Assembly: GCA_903813345.2 (NCBI GenBank)
Contig: CAIIXF020000001.1
Span: forward strand, 3,782,001-3,846,000
DNA length: 64,000 nucleotides
Origin: Owenia fusiformis
Lineage: Eukaryota
Direction of reading: 5' to 3'
This document shows positions 13,713-35,900 of this stretch, one piece after another. The notes below the pieces were generated by a model, which was given only the letters and a program-made list of their open reading frames with translations, was not told the origin of the DNA and ran no database searches. Made by a program: the position numbers and the translations under genes. Position 1 is the stretch's first letter. Each line of letters opens with the position of its first letter.

Positions 13713-14032
13713 CTTGTCGATTTTTATTGAAATATAATGATTTGAAACTGTCACTGAAAAATCAATTTCTATAGTTTTTAGAAACCAATTACCTTTGCGC
13801 AGTTCAATTGCGCATGAGCATTCATTTTTCATCTTCCAATATTCAAAATATGTGTCCTACATAAAAAAAATGTAACAGAATAATCAAATTGTGCTATAAT
13901 AATGGCTTATTTAGTATATTTGGTATAGTAATTCTTTAAAACAACGATTACTTATTGAGTGAAAACCAAATACTACCACCGGAAGATGGAAGAATTGTGG
14001 GAATACTTTACCGGTCGCCATCTTTGTTAAAA
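13713..14032. promoter_or_regulatory. ATP5F1D promoter, probably bidirectional with a non-coding first exon of the Roco gene
   Basis: ETS-like CCGGAAG (~13979), YY1-like GCCATCTT (~14017) and NRF1-like TGCGCATG (~13809). Minus-strand donor AAG|GTAAGC at 13713/13712 could splice to the Roco acceptor at 10939. Confidence 0.45.
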
Positions 14033-17000
14033 ATGTCCCTGCTCAGAAATATTAGAACTTTCCCTGTTTTAGTGCGACAGTGCACTCGTATGGCTACGGC
14101 TGTTCAGCAGCAGAAGCGTGGCTATGCTGAGATGGCTTTCACATTTGCCTCACCAAATGAGGTAGGTCTAATATTAACTTTTAGTCCGAGGCAAATAAGT
14201 CTCTGTCTGACTCTGGTCACTTGTGTTGGTGTGGTGGGAAGCAACTTACTTTTTCACTTATTGAGATACATTTTAAATTAACAAAGTTCAAATTTTCAGC
14301 CCAACAAATCCTCGCATCCAATCAGATCATATAGTCCTATTCAAAAACTTCCCATTCGTTCCACAGTGAACATACAAACTTCCTTCATATTATAGTTCGA
14401 AGGGGTGTAACGTCAACACCATTTTGGGGTAACTTAGACATTTGGGGTAACTTCGACACATTGTTCATTTGCTCTAATTTCAGATCTAGTGGGAAGCCAG
14501 GTTTTTTTCTTGCATGGATCGAGATCTTGCGAGATTTTAATTTTTCCAGAAATCAAGCATGGCGGACCACGGAAATTCCACTACCAAGATTTTCGACATC
14601 TAAAAAGTCACTCGACTTTTTTGCAAAAAACCTTCCAAAAAGTAACAGTCGCATGAATTCACATTGTCGTACTTACAAAATGATCCACCGCCTAACTTAT
14701 GCACCATCGAACTCGGTAATATTGTACACGTAACTATTAATTACCGTATATTCCCATAGAAAACTGGACTTGCTTTTCAACATTTCAAGCGAAAATTCTC
14801 TACGGAGCTTTTGTTTTTCTGACGTAATTTCGGTGACGTGATAGGTTCAGTTCATCTTGTTTCGAAAGGGGTGTCATCTATCTAGAATATTTATTTTCAT
14901 CTTGTCCAGTCCTATATACAACCTGCCCTTATCCTTTTCGCTTGTAAAACCGCGTAGTAATGTTGAAATTATGGAATAGATTCTCTGGGAGTGGCGTTAA
15001 CCTTTTGGAAATTGTGACTGCAAAATAGTGACAAGTTAACCTTTTGGAAAGGTCACTGAACAGAATATATATCATTTTCTATTTCTAGGAATGTATTCAA
15101 AGGAAGAGGTGCATTTATTGGCATATACCTATGGTCAAAATGAATTTCTTAGGTGTAACATGAAGAATAGAATGTCATATAACTCTTTGAAAAATATTAA
15201 AGTGCTCGGGCACACATAGGCTGAGATAGGGGCCATTTAGTTCAGTAATGTTGTATTGACTTACATGGGGCTGTGCATCATTGACTTAACATGAGGATAT
15301 CAGCAGATACCAATAGAGGCCATTGGTCTCCATTGATTATCACAAAAATACCCAAAATACACTATGACCTGAATCGATTGCAAACTTAATAACTTCACAA
15401 TATGACACAAATGGTTTATCTCATCAAATGTGCAAATATGAAGTTTGCAATCGATTCAGGTCATACTTAAAATTAAAAGATTGTGCATTTTTTCATCATA
15501 TTTTCCACTTTTTTCTTATGGGGAGATCCCAATGGAGAGTGCATATGGTCCTTTATCTCAATACTCCATTTGCGATAATCTGGAAGTTATCAGCTGCTTC
15601 TTTGAATGAAAAGACCATGATGCAATATTATATTCGAAAATACATTCATATTATACATGAATGACGTTTGTATCTTAGATTGATTGTGGTTTGGCTAATA
15701 AAATGTGTGGTCTTTTATACTTTGATGCTTCTCTGCCAAGTTATTTTAAAAATAAAAAAATAATGGCCTAAACTTCTTAATTATAAGAGACCACTGGTTT
15801 ATTCCACATGAAACTAATTATGTATCTGAAATATACAAATGTTATTCATATACAATATGAATATATTTTTCCATATAATATTGCACTGTTATCTTTTTAT
15901 TCTTATTGATGATAATAAAACAATGTAATGGACTACTGTATTCAACAGCTAAGCACTGCATCATGTTAAGAAATTCAAAAAATATGTTTGCGTTCTGGCC
16001 CGCCATATGTATGTTAAATCATATAAATTGTTAGAATAATGATGAAAATGTTTGTTTTAGGTTTTCTACAACAGTGCCAATGTGAAGCAAGTAGATGTCC
16101 CCTCATTCAGTGGTAGCTTTGGTATCCTTCCTGAACATGTTCCTACCTTAGCAGTTCTCAAACCAGGAGTAGTCACTGTCACAGAGGAAGATGGATCAGT
16201 CAACAGAATATTTGGTTAGTGTCCTCATTCATTTTATTTTGTAATCTTACACTGTGCTTTCATTTGACTTAACCTGCTACTGGACTTAATTGTAAAATAT
16301 ATGTTTAAGTTGTTAAATATTATAATTATTGTGCAACTTTCTACTGTAAATTCTGTTCCTTTTAAAAAATATTTGGTTCCAAAGACCAGTATACAACAGT
16401 GCTAATTTTTTGTTCCTTTCAATTCTTAGTGGTAATATTGGTTATTTCTTATTCCAGTAAGCAGTGGATCAGTAACAATAAACGATGACTCCTCTGTGCA
16501 GATCTTAGCGGAAGAGGCAGCACCTATTAGCAATCTAGATGTCGCGGTAAGATATAATGCTTTCAATGACAATTCTTTTAAACCAAGTTTGGGAGAAATA
16601 GGGAACTTGTCTCTCTGGGTAATAACTCATAAATTCTGTTAACCTTATGTTGGTTATATTTTATACACATAGCCCCTTGACCCTATGAGAGTACTGCACA
16701 AATCATTATTTTCAAAATGACTGACTGTTTTAATTTTTTTCATGTTCTTGATTTAGTTTATGATCATATATACATTTTTGAACAATCATTGTCTTTTTAT
16801 TGCATCATTGTGTGCTATACAATATAGCCTGTACTGAGATCAAGTATTCTCTATGAATGTTAAGGCCTCCATTTTTTCATCCCAATATCTTGTCCATAAA
16901 GTCTTGTACACACATTTCAAGCCAAATAAATTGATCTGAAATTTTAAGGAATTCTTCTTGGAATGAATGTTTTGAACTGCTCAGTGTTTTGTCTTTTTGA

Positions 17001-17366
17001 TTAAATGTTAAGGTGGCCATTTTTGACTCTCAGTCAGTTGTATACATTTATTTTCCAAAAGTAATGGAGAAATTTTATCGTTATATACAGTAATGTAAAT
17101 ACTTGGAAGTCTGAAGACACATTGACAATTAGACAAAATTAGTAGCTTGAACTTATGGTGTTAATTACCAGTATGGATCCCAATATAATTGTAAACATAT
17201 TGACTGCTTTTGTTTTGATTTTAATGTAATGTTCTGTTTGCAGGCTGCAAGGGAAGGATTAAATAAAGCCACACAAGAACTGGCATCTGCACAAACAGAA
17301 GAAGCCAAAGCTGAGGCCCAGATAGCAGTAGATACATTTGAAGCTCTTGGCAAGGCACTAGAATAA
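14033..17366 (+). CDS. ATP5F1D: Mitochondrial ATP synthase F1 subunit delta
   Basis: Exons 14033-14161, 16061-16214, 16458-16546, 17244-17366 give 164 aa. Arg-rich presequence, then MAFTFASP, VKQVDVPSFSGSFGILPEHVPTLAVLKPGVVTV, FVSSGSVTINDDSSVQILAEEA, AKAEAQIAV. AATAAA at 17699-17704. Confidence 0.97.
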
Positions 17367-17949
17367 CAAGCATGGACTTAGGATAATTTATAATATATTA
17401 TTTTGTGTGACATTCAACATTTTGAAGACTGAATAATTGCCAAATCTCATATTGTTCTATCAATACACTGACATAGAATTAAGGGAAATACTCTAGTTGC
17501 CGTGGATACAGTTATTGTTAAAGTTGGTATTCAGGGCAATATAGAGTTCATATTGATTGTGTCCTTTTAAACTGTTTTCTCTTAGATGGCATATTACAGA
17601 CCAACTTGCCGCCTTTATTATGATTGCTGATCGATTACACACAATATTGCATATAAAAGAATAATAGTGTTTTATGTAGAGTAAATACATCAAAAGCCAA
17701 TAAAAATGTACAGTTGTTGAAATATAATGTATCTTTCTGCTTTGTATACACACGTTTCTACAGGTGCAGTTTGTTTTTAAAGTTAGCCAGTCGTTTAATC
17801 ACAAAATTGCTTAACTGCTAGAAATCAGCAACTCCAGTAGCAAATCCAAAAAAATGTTATTTTCATGGATCTGTATATGTCACCATCTACTCTACCCTTG
17901 ATTAGATTGGCAGATTTTAAGAGATTGTATCTCAAAATTTCAAAACACG

Positions 17950-18611
17950 TGTATTTGGGTGACCATTTAGGAGTTCCAAAGGCACAAGTGACAAAGACAA
18001 TACAATATTTGAGATTTAGTATAGTATAATGGTCTTAAGGCAGCCATTTTGAATTTTCTGAAGCATGAATCAGAAAAACAACACCGTAATTGTGATCTAC
18101 TTTAAAATTCCTTCAATTTGAGTATAATATAGCCATACTTTGAAGAGATCAGAAAATTATTGCTAAATCCCTTTTAAGTGGGCATTTTGAATTTTATGAG
18201 GCCTGAATCAGAAAAATGATACAATAATTCCAATATATTCTAAATTGCCTTATACTTCAACACATCTCAAAATTAACAAAAATTCCTGTTTTACCGACCC
18301 CCTATTACACAGCCCCTGGGGGTCAGGCTGAAAAACATAATATTTGTGAAAAAGATAGATGTTGTGAATATACTACCAAAATTTCAAATAATAATTTTCA
18401 TTACTTTGGTTAAAAATGAAAAACTTAAGATTTTCGCAAATAATTCCCGCAATTTCTAAAGAGGTGGCCATCTTGAAATTTTTTTGTGTAAAACTATTTA
18501 GCAATATACATCTTTCCACCGAATATGTCCACTAGTATTTGAGTTATCTTCAGGATGGACGGATGGAGGGCTTCACTAAAACCCTACTGAACTTCATTCA
18601 TTGGGATAATT
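17950..18611 (-). mobile_element. Degenerate HINE-like element, family B (microsatellite-bearing), reverse orientation
   Basis: ttgagttat..ggatggacggatgga..gaacttcattcattgggataa is the reverse complement of the 5' end of the element at 32998. Left boundary approximate. Confidence 0.5.
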
Positions 18612-19305
18612 ACCAATACAAGAAAGCCCCCTATGACTCTTGGTTAAAAAGCTTGCCTATTTTTGAAATAGCTCCTTTTTTGTTGAAGGAAATTCACTTG
18701 TTGAGCATTTAGTAGCTTTATGAATATTTTTTATAAAAACTGTGACTTGAGATTTTAGGCCATCTTTCACAATCTGGGTTTGCTGATACTGCAGTTCAAC
18801 AATGGAAAGAGTTGGAATATCCTTGCACCCAAGGCATTCAGTAATTAGGACTCAAAAAGAATATCTATGGACCTTCAGAGAAAATTTCCTTTTTATACAA
18901 GAATTGGAATATCCTTGCACCAAGAATGTCATAAAAATCACTTATTGCAATCATTTTTTAAAACATCAATGTATATGAATCTTCTTGAATGTTTGGAACA
19001 CTGGGCATTTAGTTATAGGCCTAAGCCAAAAGGCATTCAGTAATTAGGACTCGAAAAGAATATCTATGGACCTTCAGAGAAAATTTCCTTTTTATACAAC
19101 CTTTTCAAATGAATATTGGACACACATGGGTCTATTGGCATGAAACTGTAGTGTACTTAAATTTTACAAAAAAATTTAAAATTAAAAAGGTGTTGTCTGA
19201 CATGGATAATGTAGGGCATATTGTGTCCAGAATGAAGTGCTTTCCAATGATAAATAGCATATATCAGTGTTTTGTCATTCTATGTTGTGGATTGGGAGGG
19301 TGATA

Positions 19306-19650
19306 TATAAGGGTTATGTACTGGGAGGTTTTGGATATGGGGTTTATCCAGAGGGAGATATGCATATCTACCTGAGGGACCGAATGTAGATGTGCATATC
19401 TCACAAGGGATGAACCCAATATCCAAACCGACCGTACATAACTGCTTTATCCTATACCAAGTAGAGTTTTCTAAATTTCTTTCAATTTTTTTCAATTCTT
19501 TTCACATTTTTTTTCTTTTTTCATTTGTTTATTCACATTTTTTCTTTTATGAGATATGGAGGTTCAGGATATGGAAACCTCAAAATCAGGATACGGGATA
19601 TATCTTACCAACTTATCTCCCTAAAACTTTACTTGGCATAGGATAAGTCA
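19306..19650. repeat. Palindrome-containing interspersed repeat
   Basis: gttatgtac..ttggatat..gagatatgcatatctac pairs with gtagatgtgcatatctc..atatccaaa..gtacataac (19306-19450). Similar architecture at 30754-30912 and about 52990-53140. Confidence 0.5.
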
Positions 19651-21271
19651 TTTTACACCGTGTGGTGGAGCTGTACAGAGTTTCTTGAATACATCTGATA
19701 ACATGGTGGAGCTGCCAGCTGATTGACTACTCAGCCACCTTGACGTGCTTACATGATACAAATTTATAAAGTAACAAAATTAAATATTTCTTAGAATAGA
19801 ACTTTATTCATCAGTTAATATAACTGAAAATGTACACATTTTACTTGTACCTTGAATTTGTTCACCTGTACAACAGGTTCCTCATCTTGCAGAATTTCAA
19901 TCAGATCATTTATTTCTCATCAATAAAAATACCAAAACTTGTTACGTTCACTTAAGTTATGAACTATAATAGGACCTCACAGAGAAATGATGATCATGTG
20001 ACAATTATCAGCTGAGATAAGAGAACAAAAAGTTTATATTGGAACTCAACAATTTTGCAATGAATCTTATTCATTTTAAAATTGTGTTTTCAAAAAGTAA
20101 ATTACTGAATGATACCAATTGCGATAACCACCTTGTATAAACAAAGTTGTATAAACAGAGTTGCACATAGATTCATGATTGTTAAAAATTTGATTTGGCA
20201 ATTTGTACAATCCAAACAGTTTTTGACAAAACAAACAATGGAAATCAAAATGGCTGCCAGAAAACATGATAGCTGCCAAAAGTTAATCAGCTCAAGAACT
20301 TGTGGTACAATAATGATCATGCTGCCATCATGATTATTATATCTCGCTGGTGGTACAATGGCTGCCACAAAACAAGATGGCTGCCTATCTAGCAAAGATC
20401 AACACTTTTAAATTCATTGAGTAATTGGCAGACAGGTAAATTCTACTCTTTACGACACTTAAGGTTTTGAGTATTACATTATTTTTATAACTTGGAGTAA
20501 TATTGTCTCATTCTCTTAAGATTTAAATCTTGTGTAGAGGCAGTGGGTAGGAAAACAATGCATTAAAATATGCAAATCACTTAATTATCTTTTAAAATTG
20601 CAAATATTAACCAAATTGAAGTTTATAATCTCAATGTCCTGAAGCATCAGTTATTTCAGTGACATAGGTCATGGGGAGCCCAGGTTTTGAAACACAGTTT
20701 CTGACAAATATTTCACTTACCAACTAGTAAATCCTGAGGATATCATTATTATTAAATTGTAAGGACATTACTTCATAAGATAATATTTATATAACGAGAG
20801 GCACAGCCTTAAACTTCAAAATTAACTTTTTGTTTGATGTCCAATGTTTTTAAAACTCCCTCGATCAATTCATTTTGGTACCATATTCAAGTTGTCCCAA
20901 TTTGCATTAGGTACCGAGAGACCTCAAGATTCCATGACAAAGTAAAACCTGTACATAATATGTGATTTGTCTATTTGTCAACAGAGTCATGTCATGTGGT
21001 TATTCTTGCTTGAGTGTATATCTTCCCCTTAAAATCATCGCAATATGTTCACTGTCATTCAAGTTGTGTAAAATTATCATTGTGTGATGGTCGCTTTTCC
21101 TATTCTTTTCACGTAGCCATACACATTATCAACTTCGTGCTTCCTAAGAGGGACAGGTTTTATAAACCCATACCCGAACATGAAAATATTCAAAATACAG
21201 CTACAGGATTTACATTGAATGTATCTTAAGGTCTCTAATGCTTTAATCAGTTCCCTGCAATGTCTAGTGTC

Positions 21272-29691
<8,420 letters not shown>

Positions 29692-29959
29692 GTTGAATTT
29701 GAAATCGAGGCCGCACTCCGAAAAGACTCCTTCGACGAAACTACAGTTGTTTACATATTAAATTTCAATATTACTATATGACACACCGGATTGATACGGT
29801 TGAATGACACACTTGACTTAGTCATTAGGCCAAGCTTTGTATATTAATGAATTAGAAAGTTAGACAACCTAGATTTCAACTTGCTTTTCCAAAACTTTAG
29901 ATGTAAAATATTTCATAAAACTTTTATAACTTCTAAGAGTTCCGAAAATACAGTTCAAC
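29692..29959. promoter_or_regulatory. Bidirectional promoter shared by CARM1 and EXOSC3
   Basis: The two ATGs point away from each other and are only 268 bp apart, so both TSSs very probably lie in or overlap this interval. Confidence 0.8.
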
Positions 29960-32900
29960 ATGGAACATGTGGGAAAGATCTTTATGCCAGGCGATGTTTT
30001 ATCCAATTTACAGGCTTCACAGAAGTCAGGAAAGGTTGTGTTGGGACCAGGTTTGAAGTGCGATAATGATTCAGTATTTGTTAACAAGCCAGGAGTTCTC
30101 AAACATAAGGAACCAAATTTCTACTGGATTGACAGCCATCAAAAAAAGGTGAAGTGAATATTGTTTTGTTTTGATTTACTGCAAAGAAAATCCATCCCCA
30201 TTCTATGTGTACCAATAAACAATATGTTACTTAGGAGAAAAAAATGAACCAACCAACTTTCGCCCTCTAAACTATTTTTAGTCTAAACAGGGGGCAAGGG
30301 ATCAGGAACCTGCGACGCGACTTATGCCTGGCACAACCTAGTTCAACATCGTTAAACTCAATAACGGCGTTATTTATTTTTTAAGAATTTTCTTGGGGCC
30401 GTTATTGAGTTTAACCTCTTTGCTATTCTTTCCATTGATGCAAGTTTTGGATCCACCGAAACCATTTTTCCGCGATAACATGCAACTGATACTTGACAAC
30501 AATATAAAAACACATAACATCAAGCGATTCAACACAATATTATTGTATTAAATGGTCATTTATACGAGTAAAATTAGGTTAAACTTACTAATCTCTAAAA
30601 TGACATTTCCGCATGTCCGTCATTGTGTCTGTTCGTCCCGGGTTAAAATTTAAACTATTGAAACGAAATTGTTGTCAAATAGATTGATAATTATCACGCG
30701 ATTACTCGGGATAAAATAACCATTTTTGAGGATAGCAGGTATCTTTGATTTAAGGAATAAATAATGATAGGCCATTCAATATGGTGAAATTCAGCACGAG
30801 TTGGACAGAATGTTGTACAAAGCACGAACCGAAGGTGAGTGCATTTGTACTAACATTCTGTCCAACGAGTGCTGAATTTCACCATATTGAATGGCCTATC
30901 ATTATTTATTCCGATTCAAACATAAAAATTAGTAAAAGCCGTGTCTGTGGAACGGGCATGAAGGAAGAATACGCATGCTGTCAAGATGCTGAAGAACAGC
31001 TATCCCCAGACAGAGCCCCAGATGTGCAGCTGAGATGTGACGTCACTCAAAACAATGCAAATTGCAGATTGAATAGAGCATGGTCGTGCATCTATGGAGA
31101 ATTAGAGAACGTTCTATATTGGCTATGCTGCATTCTGATTGGTTGAGAAATTCGAATAGAGCACGGTCATGTTTGAATGATTTATATAGCGCTTGTATAC
31201 ACATAAAATAGTTATTAATTGCAAACCTACTGTTTGTTGATGCAGTGTCTTAATGACGGCTAATTCCTGATACGATTTGCAATATCGATGTTACCGGAGC
31301 TGACCGATATTTTCGTAAAATTCCAAACCTGTCTCCAATATTTTCGTAATTATGCATCAATATGGTCTAAAGGAGATACGGGATGGTGTGTATGTATTTA
31401 TAAGGTATGTATGCATGCTTGAATGACATTCTTTATGTAATATTACCATGTTTTCGGAGTTTAATTAGTTCCGCTTGTCGGAACCTGCGGAACGATTAAA
31501 TTAACGCATCAAGGGCAAAATGATCATGGAGGTTAGACCTAGCCGGGGCCATAAGACATGTCAGATATGAAACGAGGCCCAGGCTAGGTCTAATGTTGTT
31601 GGACTAGGCACAACCATCACCATGTTACTACTTTTTTCAAGGCCTGACTGCGTCGCTAACATGCTAAATATAAGAGTTAGCTGACGTTTGGGAGTCTGAC
31701 TTACCTTCTAAAGGTTAGAACCCGAATCTTAATGAAACCATATCACCTTTGTTCCGTCAACCATGGAGCATTTGCCACAACATCCAAGAGGTAAATCATG
31801 GATCGAGAAAATGAATGATTTCCTTGTAAGTTCCGGAAGTTTCAATACGAAAAATTACCGAACATATGTGAAAACCGAATATTTGTTCGTTGTTTTCACG
31901 ATTTACAGGTTCGTTTGTTCTTCAATGTTTTGGTCTAAATTATAAAGCATCACCAACAGGTCTTAGTCTTACTCTATTAATCGACTAATACAGCAGACGG
32001 CTCATATTTCTACGTAGCATTTCATTCAGACCAATAGTGGGAGTGTAGATCACGCAGTTTCGTTCGTTGCGTACTTCACTTGAAATTGGTAATTTTAGAT
32101 ATTGACTACTTCACTTAGCTTGGCGGATGTAGAACATTGCTTAATATTCTTTTAATTTTCACACCAGACATGCTTGGTTGACACGTCAACAAAGTAAAGT
32201 TCAAGGGTCAATGCGTTATTTCGTGATAACTACAACGCCTTCCCGGAAGTCAACATTGATGAAAAATGAAAAAGTCGGAAAAGCATTTACGCTAATTTCT
32301 ATCAAATGCTATGTTTATGCATCATCATCGACGCAACAAAGGTGATATGGTTTCATTAAGATTCGGGTTCTAACCTTTAGAAGGTAAGTCAGACTCCCAA
32401 ACGTCAGCTAACTCTTATATTTAGCATATTAGCGACGCAGTCAGGCCTTGAAAAAAGTAATAGTTGCGTAAGGATCCTACCATGACAGTGGTAGTGTTGT
32501 CGCGATGTGCCATAATCGTACATCGATGCATCGGCAATTTTCAGTAGTAAACATCGATGCACATCGCGATGTACATCGAGAAAAAGTCCGAGAAAAGTGC
32601 ACTGAAATACCGAACGCTAATGCACTAAAATACCGAACATCCGGTACATCCGGGAACTTCTAGTAAGGGTGAAATGAAAGTAAAGTAATTTTTTAGATTA
32701 ATGGTTCATTTCGACTAGCTAAAACAGTTTTAAAGCGAAAGAATATCAGAAAACATTGGAAAATGAAATAATACATGAGAAAGATAAGCGATTTGCGTCA
32801 AAATAAGATAAGAAAGGGTGATTTTTAGCAAATTAATTTTTTTTAAAAACATTGATGTTTTGTTTCAGACATCGATGCATCGCGAGAATCAGCTTTGGCG

Positions 32901-35900
32901 ATGTATATCGCGATGTATCGATTAATCGCGACAACACTAGACAGTGGTAGTGTTATTGTGAAAGCCTGGCGTGACTGTAGCCTTTATATGACATATATTA
33001 TCCCACCGAACGAAGTTCGAGGGGGATATAGAAAAGCTGTCCGTTCGTTCGTTCGTCCATCCGTTCGTCCGTCCATTCGTGTGTCCGGGCAATAACTCAA
33101 ATACCGGTTGACGGATTTCATTAAAAATTTATAGGCTTATGACTTATGGGTGTAGGACCTCTGCTCGAGAAGGAATTTTCAATATGGCCGCTATATTCAA
33201 AATGGTGGCCATTTTTCCGAAAAAATATAATCTTTAATTACTCAAATATTATGGCGGCCATTTTTTAGAAAAAATATAATCTTTGATAACTCAAATACTA
33301 GTGGATGGATTTGGTTCAAATTTTAAAATGCTGTTGCCTGGTTACAAAGGAGCCTTGCTCAAGAAGACAATTTCAAGATGGCCACCATATTTCAAAATGG
33401 CGGCTATTTTTCGTAAAAAACGTTATGTTTGATAACTCAAATACCTGATGCCTAGGGACATAGGAGCTCTGCTCGAGAAGGGATTTTCAAGATGGCAGCT
33501 ATATTTCAAAATGGCTGCCATTTTTCATAAAAGAACGTAACCTTTGATAACTCAAATACCAGTTGATAGATTTAGTTCAAATTTTATATGCTGATGCCGA
33601 GAGAAAAAGAAGTTCTACTCAAGAAGATATTTTCATTTTGTATACTGGTGCATAGAGATAAGGGAGCTCTGCTCAAGAAGAAATTTTCAAGGTGGCTGAT
33701 ATTTATCTAAATCTCTGCCATTTTTCATTAAAAATGTAATCCTTGATAACTCAAGTACCAGTTGACGGATTTGGAATAAATTGTATATGCTGATGCCTTG
33801 GGACATAGGAGCTCTGCTAAAGAAGAAATCTAAAGATGACTAAAGAGTCTTATACGATATTCAAATGGTATTGCATCTTTGACAATATCAATACTTTTCA
33901 ATCATCATACCATTAACTTATGACCTCAGCAAAACATTTATCCACAAGTCGATACTTTGTAAAATACCCAATCCACCGTCTAAACAACAGTTTAAGAACA
34001 ATTATCTTTTCAATACAATATAGAGTCTTATACAATAACAGTACCCAAACGTTGCGGACACACTGAATTAGCTCATTAAAGATTCCTCATATTAATACAT
34101 GTATACTAAAAGTTGCCATACCATGTCTGTCATCCAAAAATGCCTGATAATTTTATTTTTCTGACACTTTCACAGTCATAATTCAATGATCATTATGATG
34201 TAACAGGAATGACAGGAGCACCAAAGGGTACATTTTGGGCCTTTTCCATCGTTATGAAGGGTCACTCTTGAAAAGTACATATTTCGATGGTGTTTGTGAA
34301 AAGTGTATTATGTATTTTGTTTCCACATATTTGTTTACCAATAATATAAACTTCTTTTCCTCTTTCTTTTGCAGGTTATTTGAATGAAATCGGACTACAA
34401 ATTCCTGAATTATAGCAACTTTCATGAATCCTGTCTATTGTTATAGAATTTTTTTATTTTATGCTTTCGCACATTGAATACCCCAGGACTTTATAACATA
34501 AATACACTTTCAACAACTGCAAAAGAACATATTAAAATCTTAAATATATACTAGATCAGAAATTAAAAGACCGCAATGTATTCTTAATATTTGTTGAGAT
34601 ACAACACTTTCCATGGTATTTTGTGTATCTGAAATAATTGTCGGTATATAAATGTCACATAAAGGCGATGGTCGTTGCGGGCTTTCACAATAACATTACC
34701 ACAGTCATGGCAGGATCCTTGTGCAATTTAACAATATAGTGATGGTTGTGTCAGGCATAAGTCTTGCAACAGATAGCATGTGCAAATTTGGCAAAATATA
34801 AGGCCCATTTGTTGACAATTTGGCCTAAAAGGTCCTACAAAATCTGGATCTCTTTCTGCCAGTGAGACCAGCATTTTATACTATATTATTTGTATTATGC
34901 TTCAGATCCACAAATAATATTCCATTTACAGTTCTACCATTGGAAACAATGTTTTATTCTGGAGAAGATGATGAATTGAGATTACCAGACTGTACAGTTT
35001 GGGCAATAAATAATTCATTTTGGATTTGCTGAAGTGAGAATCTTAGTTTATTTTTTCAGGAAAAAATTTGTTATTGAATTGCTATATGGATAGGCGCATG
35101 GTATGGAATATGGGTTAGGTCTTCTGAGAGGGGCGAGCAATGTGTCTATAAAGTGAAACAACTTTACACAAATTCTTGTACATATTTGAAAAATGAACTC
35201 AGTAACTTTGTAAGAAACTGGATGTTACACCTCTGAAGAATGAAAAAATTGGGAAAATTTGTAGTTATAGGACTTAAAGTCAACTCACATCTCTTATCAT
35301 GTCTTATACATATTGCTCCCCCCTCCACCCCCCCCCCCCCCATTCGTCCCATTCTAATTATTTTTTATATCATGTTTGGAAAGTTATTCTATAAAGTCAG
35401 CAATGGCATTAATTTAGTTATGATAACATTACTTACAAGTATTTATTACAGGTCGTATAGACCCTTGTTCCTTGATTTATAGCAAAAACATTGACATATG
35501 CACATTGGTGGCCTTGCACCTTTTTTAATAAATCTCATATCTTAGAAGCCTATCTGTAAAAAAATCCTAGAAGACCTAACAAATTTTACCATACTCTGCA
35601 CCTATTCATTCAGGAATTCAATTGTAAACGAATAAATCTTCCAGATTTTTGCTCCCCCTCCATCTCATTTTCACGATCACCGGGCGTGATGTTGAAAACA
35701 AGAGAATTTTCAAGAGGCCATATACCAGTGGATGAGAGATCAGAAAATTTAAAATATACAAATTTTAGGGGATATGTATCTTGACAATAGTGGAAACTAT
35801 AGGCTTTCAAACCACCATGGTTTGGAAATGGTGATAGAAAATACTCATTTATTTATGAATTGCCCAAACTGTAAGCATACATTACAGATCTTATCTTTTT

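Larger units (their letters stand above)
30309..34772. mobile_element. Old long-TIR DNA element in EXOSC3 intron 1 whose left TIR is fragmented by nested insertions
   Basis: The reverse complement of about 34645-34772 matches the joined pieces 30311-30338, 31616-31630, 32460-32491 and 32948-32998. Confidence 0.7.

Noticed and set aside
13955-14032. Upstream extension of ATP5F1D in the ORF track
   Set aside because: Begins at TTG; the ATG at 14033 gives a typical mitochondrial presequence.
18812-19099. Short direct duplications of ~70 bp and ~18 bp
   Set aside because: Ordinary local duplication in intergenic DNA with no sign of function.
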